Of a stretch of DNA of 64,000 nt, positions 26,459 to 38,164 are shown piece by piece. Made by a program: the position numbers and the translations under genes. The stretch's first letter is position 1. The number at the start of each line of letters is the position of its first letter. The stretch comes from Malacoraja senta. Its lineage: Eukaryota. The notes beneath the pieces are model-generated. The model was not told the origin of the DNA and did no database searches. It saw only the letters and a list, made by a program, of their open reading frames with translations. The stretch spans positions 11,472,001 through 11,536,000 of the forward strand of contig CM075993.1 in NCBI GenBank assembly GCA_038087875.1, in the 5' to 3' direction.

Positions 26459-29400
26459 TGCAGTGATAGAATATAAAACAGTACAGCGCAGGAACGGGTC
26501 TTTTGACCCACTGGCTTGGATAGAGTGGATGTGGAGAGGATGTTTCCACTAGTGGGAGAGTCTAGCACCAGAGGCCATAGCCTCAGAATTAAAGGACGTA
26601 CCTATAGAAAGGAGACGAGGGGGAATTTATTTAGTCAGAGGAACTCATTGCCACAGACGGCTGTGGAGGCCAAGTCAGTGGATATTTTTTTACGGCAGAT
26701 ATAGATAGATTCTTGATTAGTACAGGTGTCAGAGGTTATGAGGAGAAGGCAGGAGAATGGGGTTAGATAGATCAGCCACGATTAAATGGCAGAGTAGACT
26801 TGATGGGCCGAATGGCCAAATTCTACTCCTACCACTTATGACCTTATGAACACATCCCTGCCCGCATCTCTTGCGCCACAATCTCCAGGAAGAGCTCCCT
26901 CTGGTAGCCCACTCCGGTGTTGCTCCAACCTAACCTGTCCTTCATCTTGTACCCTGGGACAGGCAAAGTGGACAAATTGGTACTCCGTTAGCCTGTTCAG
27001 TTTAGAGATACAGCGCAGAAACAGGCCCTTAGGGCCCACTGAGTCCGCACCGACCAGCGATCCACGTATACTAACATTATCCAACACACGCTGGGCAAAA
27101 ATGTTCAATTTTACCAAAGCCAATTAACCTACAAACCTGTACATCTTTGGATTGTGGGAGGAAATCCACGGAGGGAGAACATAAAACTCCGCACAGACAA
27201 CAACCGTAGTCAGGATCGAAGCCGGGACTCTGGCGCCGGGAGGCAGCGACTCTACCGTTGTGCCACCGTGCCATCCAGTTGTAAACTTGCCATTTGAATG
27301 TTCTAGTTCCATGAATCCTCAGCGCCTGCACCTCCATTACCTGTGGCATCTTGCTATTTAGGCTACCTGAAGTTAGAGAAATCAATATTCATACCACTGG
27401 CTGTAAGCTGCCCAAGCGAAATATGAGATGCTGTTCCTCCAATTTGCATTTAACCTCACTCTGACAATGGAGGAGACCGAGGACAGAAAGGTCTGTGTGG
27501 GTAAGAAGGAACTGCAGATGCTGGCCGAAGATAGACACAAAAAACTGGAGTAACTCGGCGGGACAGGCAGCATCTCTGGAGAGAGGGAATGGGTGATGTT
27601 TCAGGTCAAGACCCTTCTTCAGACTGGTGAAGGGTCTGTAGAACGCTCGACCCAAAATGTCACCCATTCCTACGGAGATCTGAGTGGGAATGGCAACCGG
27701 GAGATCGATAGATAGATCCGTCTGAAGAAGGGTCTCGACCCGAAAAGTCACCGGTTCCTTCAGTCGAGGGATGCTGGCTGACCTGCTGAGTTACTCCAGC
27801 ATTTTGTGTCTATCTTCTTATAGATAGGTGACATTTTGGCTCAGGACCCTACTTGTACAGGTGCACCTGCTCTGCACCCTCTCAAAGGCCTCCACACCCT
27901 TCCTGTAATGGGGCAACCAGAACTGCATGCAATACTCCTAACCAAAGTCCTACATGTCTGCTTCTTGACCTCCTGACTCGTATACTCGATGCCCCGATCC
28001 TATACCCCATACCACCCTATCCTTTAGCATGGCCACTTTCAGGGCATTATGGGCTTAGTTCAGTTTAGTTTATTCTCATGTGTATGAAAAGCTTTTGTTG
28101 CGTGCTAACCAGTCAGCGGAAAGACAATACATGATTACAATCGAGCCATTTGTAGTATATAGATACATGATAAGGGAATAATGTTTAGTGCAAGGTAAAG
28201 CCAGTAAAGGATAGTCCGAGAGTCTCCAATGAGGAAGATATTAGTTCAGGACTGCTCTCTGGTTGTGGTAGGATGATTCAGTTGCCTGATAACAGCTGGG
28301 AAGAAACTGTCCCAGAATCTGGAGGTGTGCGTTTTCACACTTCTGTACCTTTTGCCCGATGGGAGAGGGGAGAAGAGGGAGTGGCCAGGGTGCGACTCGT
28401 CCTTGATTATGCTGCTGGCCTTGGGGAGTCACAACAGTCTTTATCAAGACAGTCAAAGATACCATAAAATGAAAATAAAAACTGCAGGTGTCGAAGGTTG
28501 AAATAAAAACAGAAAATGTTGGGAAGGTCCAGCAGGTTCGGCAGCATCTGCGGAAGAGAAACCGTAACCATTTGAGGATAAAACCCTGCAGAAGGTCACT
28601 CCCCACAGGACATGTTCCGGACAGGGAGAAAGATGATAAAGCAAGGATGACCTTGGATAACGAGCGGTTGCAAATTAATGGCAAAAAGAAGAAGCTCGCA
28701 TAAGTAAGGTTCAGAAAGCTAAAGACAGACACAAATACAGGAGCAACTCAGCGAGTCAGGCTGCATCTCTGGAGAGAAGGAATGGGTGATGTTTTTTTTC
28801 TCATTTATTATATTATTTACAGTGTACTATACGGTAGAGTTGCTGCCTTACAACCCTCACAGCGCCGGAGACACGGGTTCGATCCCGACTACGGGGGCTG
28901 TCTGGACAGAGTTTGTACGTTCTCCCCGTGACCGCGTGGGTTTTCACCGAGATCTTTGGTTTCCTCCCACACTCCAAAGACGTACAGGTTTGTAGGTTAA
29001 TGGGCTTGTTTAACGTGTAAATTATCCCCAGTGTGTATAGGGTAGTGTTAATGTGCGGGGATCGCTGGTCGGCACGGACCGGGTGGGCGGAAGGGCCTGT
29101 TTCCGCGCTGTATTTCTAAACTAAACTAAGTCTGCCATTCAATCATGGCTGATCTATCTCTCCATCCTAACACCATTCCCCTGCCTTCTCCCCATAACCC
29201 CTGACTCCTGACAGGTAAACTCAAGATAGACACAAAAAGATGGAGTAACTCAGCGGGACAGGCAGCATCTCTGGAGAGAAGGATTGGGTGACGTTTCAGG
29301 TTGAGATCTTTCTTCCAACCAAGCACGTTACAGACCTCCATTCCCAACACTGCTATCAGTAATATCACATTGGTTAGGTTTCCTTTTGTCACATGTACCG

Positions 29401-29674
29401 AGAAACAGAAAACCTTTGTTTTGTGTGCTATCAAGTCCAACCATACTGTACCCGAGTCCAATCAAGCCACGCATAAATACAACAGGTAGTGCAGAGAGAA
29501 AAGTACCAGACTTCAGAATATAGTGTTTCAAATAGAGAAAGTGCAGATTTAAAAAAGTGCAAGGGCCGCATTGAGGTAGATTGGGAGATTGAGACTGCAT
29601 CTTAGTTTATGAGAAGTCTGATTATCAAATGTCCAGTTTGTATCAGAACTGCAAAGTATCATTGAGAGATCATG

Positions 29675-29985
29675 GTGGCACAGTGGCACAGCGGTAGAGT
29701 TGCTGCTTTGCAGCGCCAGAGACCAGGGTTTGATCCCGACTACGGGTGCTGTCTGTATGGAGTTTGTACATTCTCCCCGTGACCTGCGTGGGTTTTCTCC
29801 GGGGATCTCCAGTTTCCTCCCACATTCCAAGGACGTACAGGTTTGTAGGTTAATTGGCTTTGGTAAAAATTGTAAATTGTCCCTAGTGTGTGTGTAGGAT
29901 AGTGTTAATGCGTGGGGATCGCTGGTCGGCACGGACCTGGTGGGCTTAGGGGACTGTTTCTGTGCTGTAGCTCTAAACTAAACTC
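29675..29985 (+). mobile_element. tRNA-derived V-SINE (HE1-like), representative full-length copy; other + copies at ~6562-6878, 16741-17032, 19611-19890, 23941-24190, 28831-29128, 34416-34680, 61251-61570
   Basis: Pol III A box (tggcacagcgg) and B box-like (ggtttgatcc here, ggttcgatcc in other copies). V-domain gagtttgtacattctccccgtg...tttcctcccaca.tccaa.gacgtacagg. CR1-like 3' end with (taaac)n tail. Confidence 0.88.
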
Positions 29986-30417
29986 AATGGGGGGGATCTT
30001 ATAGAAACATATAAAATTATAAAAGGACTGGACAAGCTAGATGCAGGAAAAATGTTCCCAATGTTGGGCGAGTCCAGAACCAGGGGCCACAGTCTTAGAA
30101 TAAAGGGGAGGTCATTTAAGACTGAGGTGAGAAAAAACGTTTTCACCCAGGGAGTTGTGAATTTATGGAATTCCCTGCCACAGAGGGCAGTGGAGGCCAA
30201 GTCACTGGATGGATTTAAGAGAGTTAGATAGAGCTCTAGGGGCTAGTGGAATCAAGGGATATGGGGAGAAGGCAGGCACGGGTTATTGATTGGGGACGAT
30301 CAGCCATGATCACAATGAATGGCGGCGTTGGCTCGAAGGGCCGAATGGCCTCCTCCTGCACTTATTTTCTATGTTTCTATGTAACTAAATCATGAATCTG
30401 TAACATTAACTCTTTTA

Positions 30418-33293
30418 TCACAAAGTTCTTGGATACCTGTAATCTTCCAAAGTTAGAGCTGAAGGAACAAGAGGAACTGGGTGCACAAATCTCAATTAAG
30501 GAATTAGAAGATACAATAAACTCACTAAAAAATGGAAAAACACCAGGCCCTGATGGATTTACTAATGAATTTTATAAAAACTTTTATGATAAAATAATAC
30601 CAAGATTACAAAAAATGTACCAATACGCTTTTAAAAAACGAATACTACCTGATACATTAGCGGAATCAACGATTACATTAATACCTAAGAAAAATAAGGA
30701 TTTAGAAGAACCTGGCTCATATAGAGCTATAGCATTGTTAAACACAGATCAAAAAATATTAGCGAAAACATTAGCCAGAAGATTAAGTAAATACATTAGT
30801 AAATTAATAAACCCAGATCAGACAGGGTTTATCCCTAAGAGATACTCATCTAACAATATGAGACGTCTACTCAACATAATGCACTCACACAAATCTGAAG
30901 ATCAAGAATTATCAATTATTTCGCTGGATGCTGAAAAAGCATTTGATCAAGTAGAATGGAATTATATGGATAAAGTATTACAAAAATTTCAACTGGGAGA
31001 GAATTTTATTTTATGGATTAAGTTACTATATAACAAACCTACAGCTAGAATACTTACTAATAACATATTATCCTCGAAATTTCAACTATCAAGGGGAAAT
31101 AGACAAGGATGCTCATTATCACCACAGCTGTTTGCTCTCATTATTGAACCGCTAGCAGAAAAAATTAGAATACACCCTGATATTCATGGATATAATACTA
31201 AAGACTCATATAATAAAATATCTTTATACGCGGATGATATATTATTGTATATTACAAAACCTCAAATCACTATACCAAATATATTAAATTTAATTGAAGA
31301 CTTCGGATCTTTTTCTGGATATAGAATAAATTGGAATAAAAGTGAAATTATGTCAATAAAACCGAAAGATTCAACACATCTTTTAAAATTCCCTTTTAAA
31401 ATAGCTACAGAAAAATTTAAATATTTGGGAATCGAAATTACCAGAGCATATCAAGGTATGCTCAGGGCAAATTTTGACCCCCTACTTAATAAACTGAATA
31501 CATTAATTAAATTCTGGAAAACGCTTCTGATGTCTTTAATAGGCCGAATAAACGCAATAAAAATGATCTTTTTACCACAAATTTTATACCTATTTCAATC
31601 AATTCCTATATACTTACCTAAGAAGTTTTTTAAAAAACTCGACTCAGATATCACTAATTTTATATGGGACTATAAATCACATAGAATACAAAAAACCCAT
31701 CTGAATAAATCTAAAGTATTGGGGGGTCTAGCACTACCCAATTTTATGTATTATTATTGGTCAGTAAATATTAAAAACATGATTCAACTGATGGATAACT
31801 CCGCCCAGCAAGTAGACTGGATTGTAATGGAGAAAGAGGATTGCTCCTCTAGAAACATTGGAGCGATCCTCCTCTCTCCAATGAAATTGAATAACATAAA
31901 CTATAATAAGAACCCAATTATTCATAGTACAATCCGTATTTGGAAACAAATAAAACAAAATTTAAAATTAAGAAACTTATCACTTTTATTACCTATAGTC
32001 AATAACCCTTCATTTAGTCCTTCTATTATAGATAAAGCTTATACACAATGGGATAGACTAGGAATTAAAACGCTTGGTGACTTGTATGAAACTGGAAAAT
32101 TACTTTCATTTCAACAATTACAAATAAAATATAAACTCGGAAATAATCAATATTTTAAATACTTTCAAATATGCGACTATTTGAAAAAATATATAAAAGA
32201 TCATCATAATAACCCAGCAGATGTACTGGACGAGGCAATGCAGACAAAAGCGGAATCAGCAAACTTAATATCATATTTGTACAATATTATCTTAAATGTA
32301 CAAATACCATCTACGGAGGGTATCAGAAGAGACTGGGAACAAGAGTTAGCTATTAAAATTTCAAAGGAAAGTTGGAATGAATACTTATTAAAAGTACATA
32401 AATGCTCGATTAATGTAAGACACACTTTAATACAATTTAAAATTTTACATAGATTATATTATTCGAAAACTAAAATTCATAAAATTTTCCCAAACGTATC
32501 ATCTATTTGTGATAAATGTCAATCCCAAGAAGCAACTATAGCGCACTCATTTGTCTTCTGTACAAAAATTCAAAAATTTTGGAATGAAATTTTTGAAATC
32601 TTTACAAAGTTATTTAAAACAAGACTGATACCCAAAGCAGAATGGATTATCTTCGGAATAACGGAAGATGATCCAGAACTAAATGTGTTTCAAAAGAAAT
32701 TAATGGATTATGGGTTAATAACTGGAAAAAAGCTAATTCTAAAATTTTGGAAGAAGGCTCCAATACCAACTATAAATATGTGGATTTCAAATATGTTTGA
32801 AACACTACACCTTGAAGAGATAAGACTCCTCCTAGCAGGTAAACCAGATCACTTCCACCTGACGTGGTCTGCATTTATAGAATTATTACAAACATAGGGT
32901 GCAAAAGTACTTTAAAAAAATAAAAAATTGAGGTCGGGTAAGGGGGGATGATAGTTGAAGAGTTGGTATGTCCTATTTACGTGATGCTCAAAAAAAAAAA
33001 CATTTGTTTTTCTTTTTTTCTCTCTCTCTTTTCTTTTCTTAGGGCCTATTTCTTAACTCTTTTTCTTTTTGTTTTTAATTTCGCTCTCATAGGGTCCTCG
33101 TCCTTTTTTTTTTGTTGTTACATTTTCTACACTTTTCTACACTTGCACTTTTTCCTTCACTTTCTTCTCTCTTTCAATCTTTTCTTTCTTTAGTGTAAAA
33201 AAAATAAATAAAGGGAGTACATTAATTGTAAGAAGATATAAATGACGAGTATTAATGTATGTGGCTGTGATGTAATGTACTTCTAATAAATAA

Positions 33294-33324
<31 letters not shown>
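30418..33324 (+). mobile_element. L1-clade LINE, 5'-truncated, recent insertion
   Basis: RT ORF, T-rich 3'UTR, AATAAA and ~26-nt poly(A). Flanking 10-bp TSD aactctttta at 30408-30417 and 33325-33334. Confidence 0.93.
30429..32897 (+). CDS. L1 ORF2p fragment: reverse transcriptase plus C-terminal CCHC zinc knuckle; endonuclease domain missing
   Basis: Motifs PGPDGF, YRAIALLNTDQKILAK, DQTGF, SLDAEKAFD, RQGCSLSP, YADD, KYLGI and CDKC-x8-H-x4-C. No internal stops over 822 codons. Confidence 0.9.
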   Translation: MDTCNLPKLELKEQEELGAQISIKELEDTINSLKNGKTPGPDGFTNEFYKNFYDKIIPRLQKMYQYAFKKRILPDTLAESTITLIPKKNKDLEEPGSYRAIALLNTDQKILAKTLARRLSKYISKLINPDQTGFIPKRYSSNNMRRLLNIMHSHKSEDQELSIISLDAEKAFDQVEWNYMDKVLQKFQLGENFILWIKLLYNKPTARILTNNILSSKFQLSRGNRQGCSLSPQLFALIIEPLAEKIRIHPDIHGYNTKDSYNKISLYADDILLYITKPQITIPNILNLIEDFGSFSGYRINWNKSEIMSIKPKDSTHLLKFPFKIATEKFKYLGIEITRAYQGMLRANFDPLLNKLNTLIKFWKTLLMSLIGRINAIKMIFLPQILYLFQSIPIYLPKKFFKKLDSDITNFIWDYKSHRIQKTHLNKSKVLGGLALPNFMYYYWSVNIKNMIQLMDNSAQQVDWIVMEKEDCSSRNIGAILLSPMKLNNINYNKNPIIHSTIRIWKQIKQNLKLRNLSLLLPIVNNPSFSPSIIDKAYTQWDRLGIKTLGDLYETGKLLSFQQLQIKYKLGNNQYFKYFQICDYLKKYIKDHHNNPADVLDEAMQTKAESANLISYLYNIILNVQIPSTEGIRRDWEQELAIKISKESWNEYLLKVHKCSINVRHTLIQFKILHRLYYSKTKIHKIFPNVSSICDKCQSQEATIAHSFVFCTKIQKFWNEIFEIFTKLFKTRLIPKAEWIIFGITEDDPELNVFQKKLMDYGLITGKKLILKFWKKAPIPTINMWISNMFETLHLEEIRLLLAGKPDHFHLTWSAFIELLQT

Positions 33325-33330
<6 letters not shown>

Positions 33331-35142
33331 TTTACTTCCTTTGTCCACAGATTCTGCCTGACCTGCTGAATATTCTTATTTGCTTCAGGTTTCTCTGGCC
33401 ATGTCCCGTGTCTCACTGTTCTGTCATTACTTCTCCTCTCTCCTTGCTTTCCATCATTTTGACTCTATTTGTACCTCCTCTGGTAGATCAGCTCCGATAC
33501 CCTCTTTATCTTCTATGTCTGTCCATAGCCTTTGTGTCTTTTTTTTCCTGTGGAATGGGTAGGATCATTCCTTCCATAGATGCCGCCCGACCCATTGAGC
33601 CTCAAGCAGTTTATATTTTGCTGAAGTCCAGCATCTGCTGTGTCCAATGTTACAAAGTTATTGGAGAACAGTCATTGTTGTGTACTCTGTAGGAGGCTAC
33701 ACATAAGTTCATAAGTTGTAGGAGAAGAATTAGGCCATTAGGCCAAGCAAGGGTTACCTGAAGTTAGAGAAGTCAATGTTCATACTGCTGGGGTGTAAGC
33801 TGGCCAAGCAAAATATGAGATACTGTTCCTCTAATTTGCACTTGGCCTCACTCTGACAATGGAGGAGGCCCAGGACAGAAAGGTCATAAGGTCATAAGGA
33901 ATAGGAGTAGAATTAGGCCATTTGGCCCATCAAGTCCACTCCGCCATTCAATCATGGCTGATCTATCGTTCCCTCTTAACCCTATTCTCCTGACTTCTCC
34001 CCATAACCACAGACACCCGTACTAATCAAGAATACAATACCACACAATACCACAATGTCAGTCCTTACAGATGGAATTACGATTTTGTTCAGGAGAAAAC
34101 ATGACAGACTTGCCAAGATAAACATGGGCGTGAAAATGCAGGTCTTCCTCATCAGGGGCTTTGTCCCTCTGGTCAGACTGGAGGGAGAGTTTCAGCTGAT
34201 AGCCCAGTGCTTCTCAGTAAATTAACCACTTTCCTCGAAGATTACATTTTAGACTTTAGAGATACAGCATGGCAACAGGCCCTTCAGCCCACCGGGACCA
34301 GCGATCGCCCCGTACACTAGCACTACCCTACACAACCTAGGGATAATTTACAATTTCCAGAAGTTCATTAACCTACAAACCCGCACGTCTTTGGGATGTG
34401 GGAAGAAACCTGAGCATGGCAAGGTGGCGCAGCGGTAGAGTTGCTGCCTTACAGAGTCAGAGACCCAGGTTCGATCCTGACTACCGGTGCTGTCAGTACG
34501 GAGTGACTGCGTGAGTTTTCTCCGGTTTCCTCCCACATCCCAAACACGTTCAGGTTTGTGGGTTAATCGGCTGGATAAAATTGTAAACTGTCTGTACAGT
34601 GCAGTACAGTGCGGGGATCGCTGGCCGGCGTGGACTCGTGGGCTGAAGGGCCTGTTTCCTTGCCATATCTCTAAACTAAAAAAAACGAAAACAAACACAG
34701 AGGAAACCCGCACGGTGACAGGGGGAATGTGCAAACTCCACACTACCAGCGCCGGAGGTCAGGATCGAACCTGGCTTTGTGAGGCAGCGGTTCTGGTACA
34801 CTTTAGCTCACACCTCCATGGGCTCAGCTCCATCCATCCCCTCTCTGGCTGGGGGCCAGATCCTCGGGGTCAGTTCAGTTTAGTTTATTGTCACATGTAC
34901 TGGAGGTGTGCGTTTTCACATTTCAATGCCTTTTGCCTGATGGGAGAGGGGGGAAGAGAGAGTGGCCGGGGTGCGACTGGTCCTTGATTATGCTGCTGAG
35001 GTGTAGATGGAGGCAGGCTGCTTTATTTTCAGTGAGTCTGCTGCAGACAAGGGATTATTATAGGTGAGTAACTGCAGATGCCACTGGCTGTGATTTCCAG
35101 GATGATGTATTTAGCTGAACATTTTCGATGTCGTGCTGGCTG

Positions 35143-35254
35143 GATGCCGGGGCTAGGACCCAGCGGCACTCTCCAGACTCGATGCCGGGGCTAGGACCCA
35201 GCGGCACTCTACAGCACTCGATGCCGGGGCTAGGACCCAGCGGCACTCTCCAGC
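35143..35254. repeat. Three-copy 38-39 bp tandem repeat (gatgccggggctaggacccagcggcactct...)
   Basis: Direct reading. Confidence 0.92.
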
Positions 35255-35862
35255 TCTCAGCTCCCTCATTACCTTGCTGGACATTTATCACCAGGCTGCT
35301 TGAAGTGCCCAGAGGTGGGATCGAGCGTGGTTATTTTCAGAGCCATTTGTGGCCGTATTTTAAAAATAAAACGGATTGTGTTGCCAGCTCACAAAGTCCT
35401 AGGAGGGTTTTTTTCAAAAGTAGAAAGTTAACTAAGAAATTAATTGGGAGAAGTGATTTTTTCCTCATCAATGACAAATGTGATGGTTAGAGGCAAAAAG
35501 TGTTAACAATTGGATATTTCCAAGGCAGAGATGGATAGATTCTTGATTAGTGCGGGTGTCAGAGGTTATGGGGAGAAGGCAGGAGAATGGGGTTAGGAGG
35601 GAGAGATAGATCAGCCATGATTGAATAGCAGAGTAGACTTGATGGGCCGAATGACCTAATTCTGCTCCAGGAACATGAAATTATGGACATGAACTGAGGG
35701 GCAGAAAGGGAAGGAGACGGAAAGTACCAAAGTACAGGACTGTTCGCTTCATATCTGCCTTTCAGTGGTGCAGTGGGTACAACTGCTGCCTCACAGCGCC
35801 AGGTACCCGGGTTCCATCCTGACTGTGGCCTGACAGGGAGGCAGACAAGTGGGTCACGGTTA

Positions 35863-36765
35863 TAACCATATAACCATATAACCATTACAGCACGGAAACA
35901 GGCCATCTCGGCCCTTCAAGTCCGTGCCGAACATTTTTTTTTTCTTCTGTTTTTTTGTAAATAAATACTTCCCCCTAGTCCCATCTACCTGCACTCAGAC
36001 CATAACCCTCCATTCCTTTCCCGTCCATATACCCATCCAATCTATTTTTAAAGGATAAAATCGAACCAGCCTCCACCACTTCCACTGGAAGCTCATTCCA
36101 CACAGCTACCACTCTCTGAGTAAAGAAGTTCCCCCTAATGTTCCCCCTAAACTTCTGTCCCTTAATTCTCAAGTCATGTCCCCTTGTTTGAATCTTCCCT
36201 ACTCGCAATGGGAAAAGCTTATCCACGTCAACTCTGTCTAACCCGCTCATAATTTTAAAGACCTCTATCAAGTCCCCTCTTAACCTTCTGCACTCCAAAG
36301 AATAAAGACCTAACTTGTTCAACCTTTCTCTGTAACTTAGTTGCTGAAACCCAGGCAACATTCTAGTAAATCTCCTCTGTACTCTCTCTATTTTGTTGAC
36401 ATCCTTCCTATAATTAGGCGACCAAAATTGTACTCCATACTCCAGAATTGGCCTCACCAATGCCTTGTACAATTTTAACATTACATCCCAACTTCTATAT
36501 TTAATGCTCTGATTTATAAAGGCCAGCACACCAAAAGCTTTCTTTACCACCCTATCTACATGAGATTCCACCTTCAGGGAACTATGTACAGTTATTCCTA
36601 GATCCCTCTGTTCAACTGCATTCCTCAATTCTCTACCATTTACCATGTACGTCCTATTTTGATTTGTCCTGCCGAGATGTAGTACCTCACATTTATCAGC
36701 ATTAAACTCCATCTGCCATCTTTCAGCCCACTCTTCCAAATGGCCTAAATCTCTATGTAGACTTA
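35863..36765 (-). mobile_element. CR1 3' fragment of the same subfamily as its host, inserted antisense into host ORF1
   Basis: 254-aa ORF nearly identical to the host ORF2 C-terminus. Same (ccatataa)n tail. TSD ggtta at 35858-35862 and 36766-36770. Confidence 0.88.
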
Positions 36766-36960
36766 GGTTAGGAAGGGCAATGGGCAGAGGCAGGGACTAG
36801 TGAGTACCCCGGTGGCTGTACACCTTGAAAATAAGTACTCCTGTTTGAGTATGTTGGGGGGGACAGCCTTCCTTGGGGTAGCGACAGCGGCCGGGCCTCC
36901 GGCACAGAGACCGGCCCTATTGCTCAGAAGGGTAGGGAAAAGAAGAGGAGGGCAATAATA

Positions 36961-37621
36961 AGAAAGCGAATGGTATGTTGGCCTTCATAGCAAGAGGATT
37001 TGAGTATAGGAGCAGGGAGGTTCTACTGCAGTTGTACAGGGTCTTGGTGAGACCACACCTGGAGTATTGCGTACAGTTTTGGTCTCCAAATCTGAGGAAG
37101 GACATTATAGCCATAGAGGGAGTGCAGAGAAGGTTCACCAGACTGATTCCTGGGATGTCAGGACTTTCATATGAAGAAAGACTGGATAGACTTGGCTTAT
37201 ACTCGCTAGAATTTAGGAGATTGAGAGGGGATCTTATAGAAACATACAAAATTCTTATGGGGTTGGACAGGCTAGATGCAGGAAGATTGTTCCCGATGTT
37301 GGGGAAGTCCAGGACAAGGGGTCACAGCTTAAGGATAAGGGGGAAATCGTTTAAGGTGCAGATGAGGAAAAACTTTTTCACACAGAGAGTGGTGAATCTC
37401 TGGAACTCTCTGCCACAGAGGGTAGTTGAGGCCAGTTCATTGGCTATATTTAAGAGGGAGTTAGATGTGGCCCTTGTGGCTAAGGGGATCAGGGGGTATG
37501 GAGAGAAGGCAGGTACGGGATACTGAGTTGGATGATCAGCCATGATCATATTGAATGGCGGTGCAGGCTCGAAGGGCCGAATGGCCTACTCCTGCACCTA
37601 TTTTCTATGTATCTATGTATC
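36961..37621 (+). mobile_element. CR1 3' fragment of a different subfamily, nested in host ORF1
   Basis: LVRPHLEYCVQFWSP and RLRGDLIETYK motifs; (ctatgtat) tail. TSD taata at 36956-36960 and 37622-37626; removing the insert restores R-A-I-I-G-D-S. Confidence 0.88.
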
Positions 37622-38121
37622 TAATAGGGGACTCTATGGTTAGGGGGTCGGATAGGCGATTCTGTGGACGCAGTCAGGAGACCCGGATGGTAGTTTGCCT
37701 CCCTGGTGCCAGGGTCAGGGATGTGTGTGAACGCGTCCAAGATATCCTGGAATCGGAGGGAGAGGAGCCTGAGGTTGTGGTACATATAGGTACCAATGAC
37801 ATAGGTAGAAAAAGAGAAGAGGTCCTGAAAGGAGAATTTAGGGAGTTGGGAGGAGAGTTAAGGAGAAGGACCGCAAAGGTAACAATCTCAGGATTACTAC
37901 CTGTGCCACGCGACGGTGAGAGTAGGGATGGAGTGAGGTGGAGGATAAATGCGTGGCTGAGGAACTGGTGCAGTGGGCAGGGATTCAAATTTCTGGATCA
38001 TTGGGACCTCTTTTGGGGAAGGTGTGACCTGTACAAAAAGGATGGGTTGCACTTGAACCCGAGGGGGACCAATATCCTGGCGGGGAGATTTGCAAAGGCT
38101 ACTGGGGAGACTTTAAACTAG
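37622..38121 (+). pseudogene. CR1 ORF1 SGNH/GDSL esterase-like domain
   Basis: IGDSMVRG, CLPGARV, VVVHIGTNDIG and DGLHLN motifs typical of CR1 ORF1 esterase. Confidence 0.88.
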
Positions 38122-38164
38122 AACGGTTGGGGGGAGGAACTCAAATAGAGAAAGCTAGTAGAAA

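Noticed and set aside
26845..26954. Possible minus-strand exon (cccag|GGTACAAGATGAAGGACAG|gttagg, or longer GYKMKDRLGWSNTGVGYQRELFLEIVAQEMRAG)
   Set aside because: The acceptor is plausible and phase-compatible, but the donor is weak, the long frame stops at a CR1 tail, and no homology is recognised. Insufficient without RNA data.
35143..35254. CRISPR-like 30-bp repeats with short variable linkers
   Set aside because: Only three copies, and the 8-9 bp linkers are near-identical; this is a simple tandem repeat.
37555..38121. Host lipase/esterase gene
   Set aside because: The SGNH domain is CR1 ORF1 directly upstream of ORF2, and its N-terminus in the ORF track comes from a nested element's 3'UTR.
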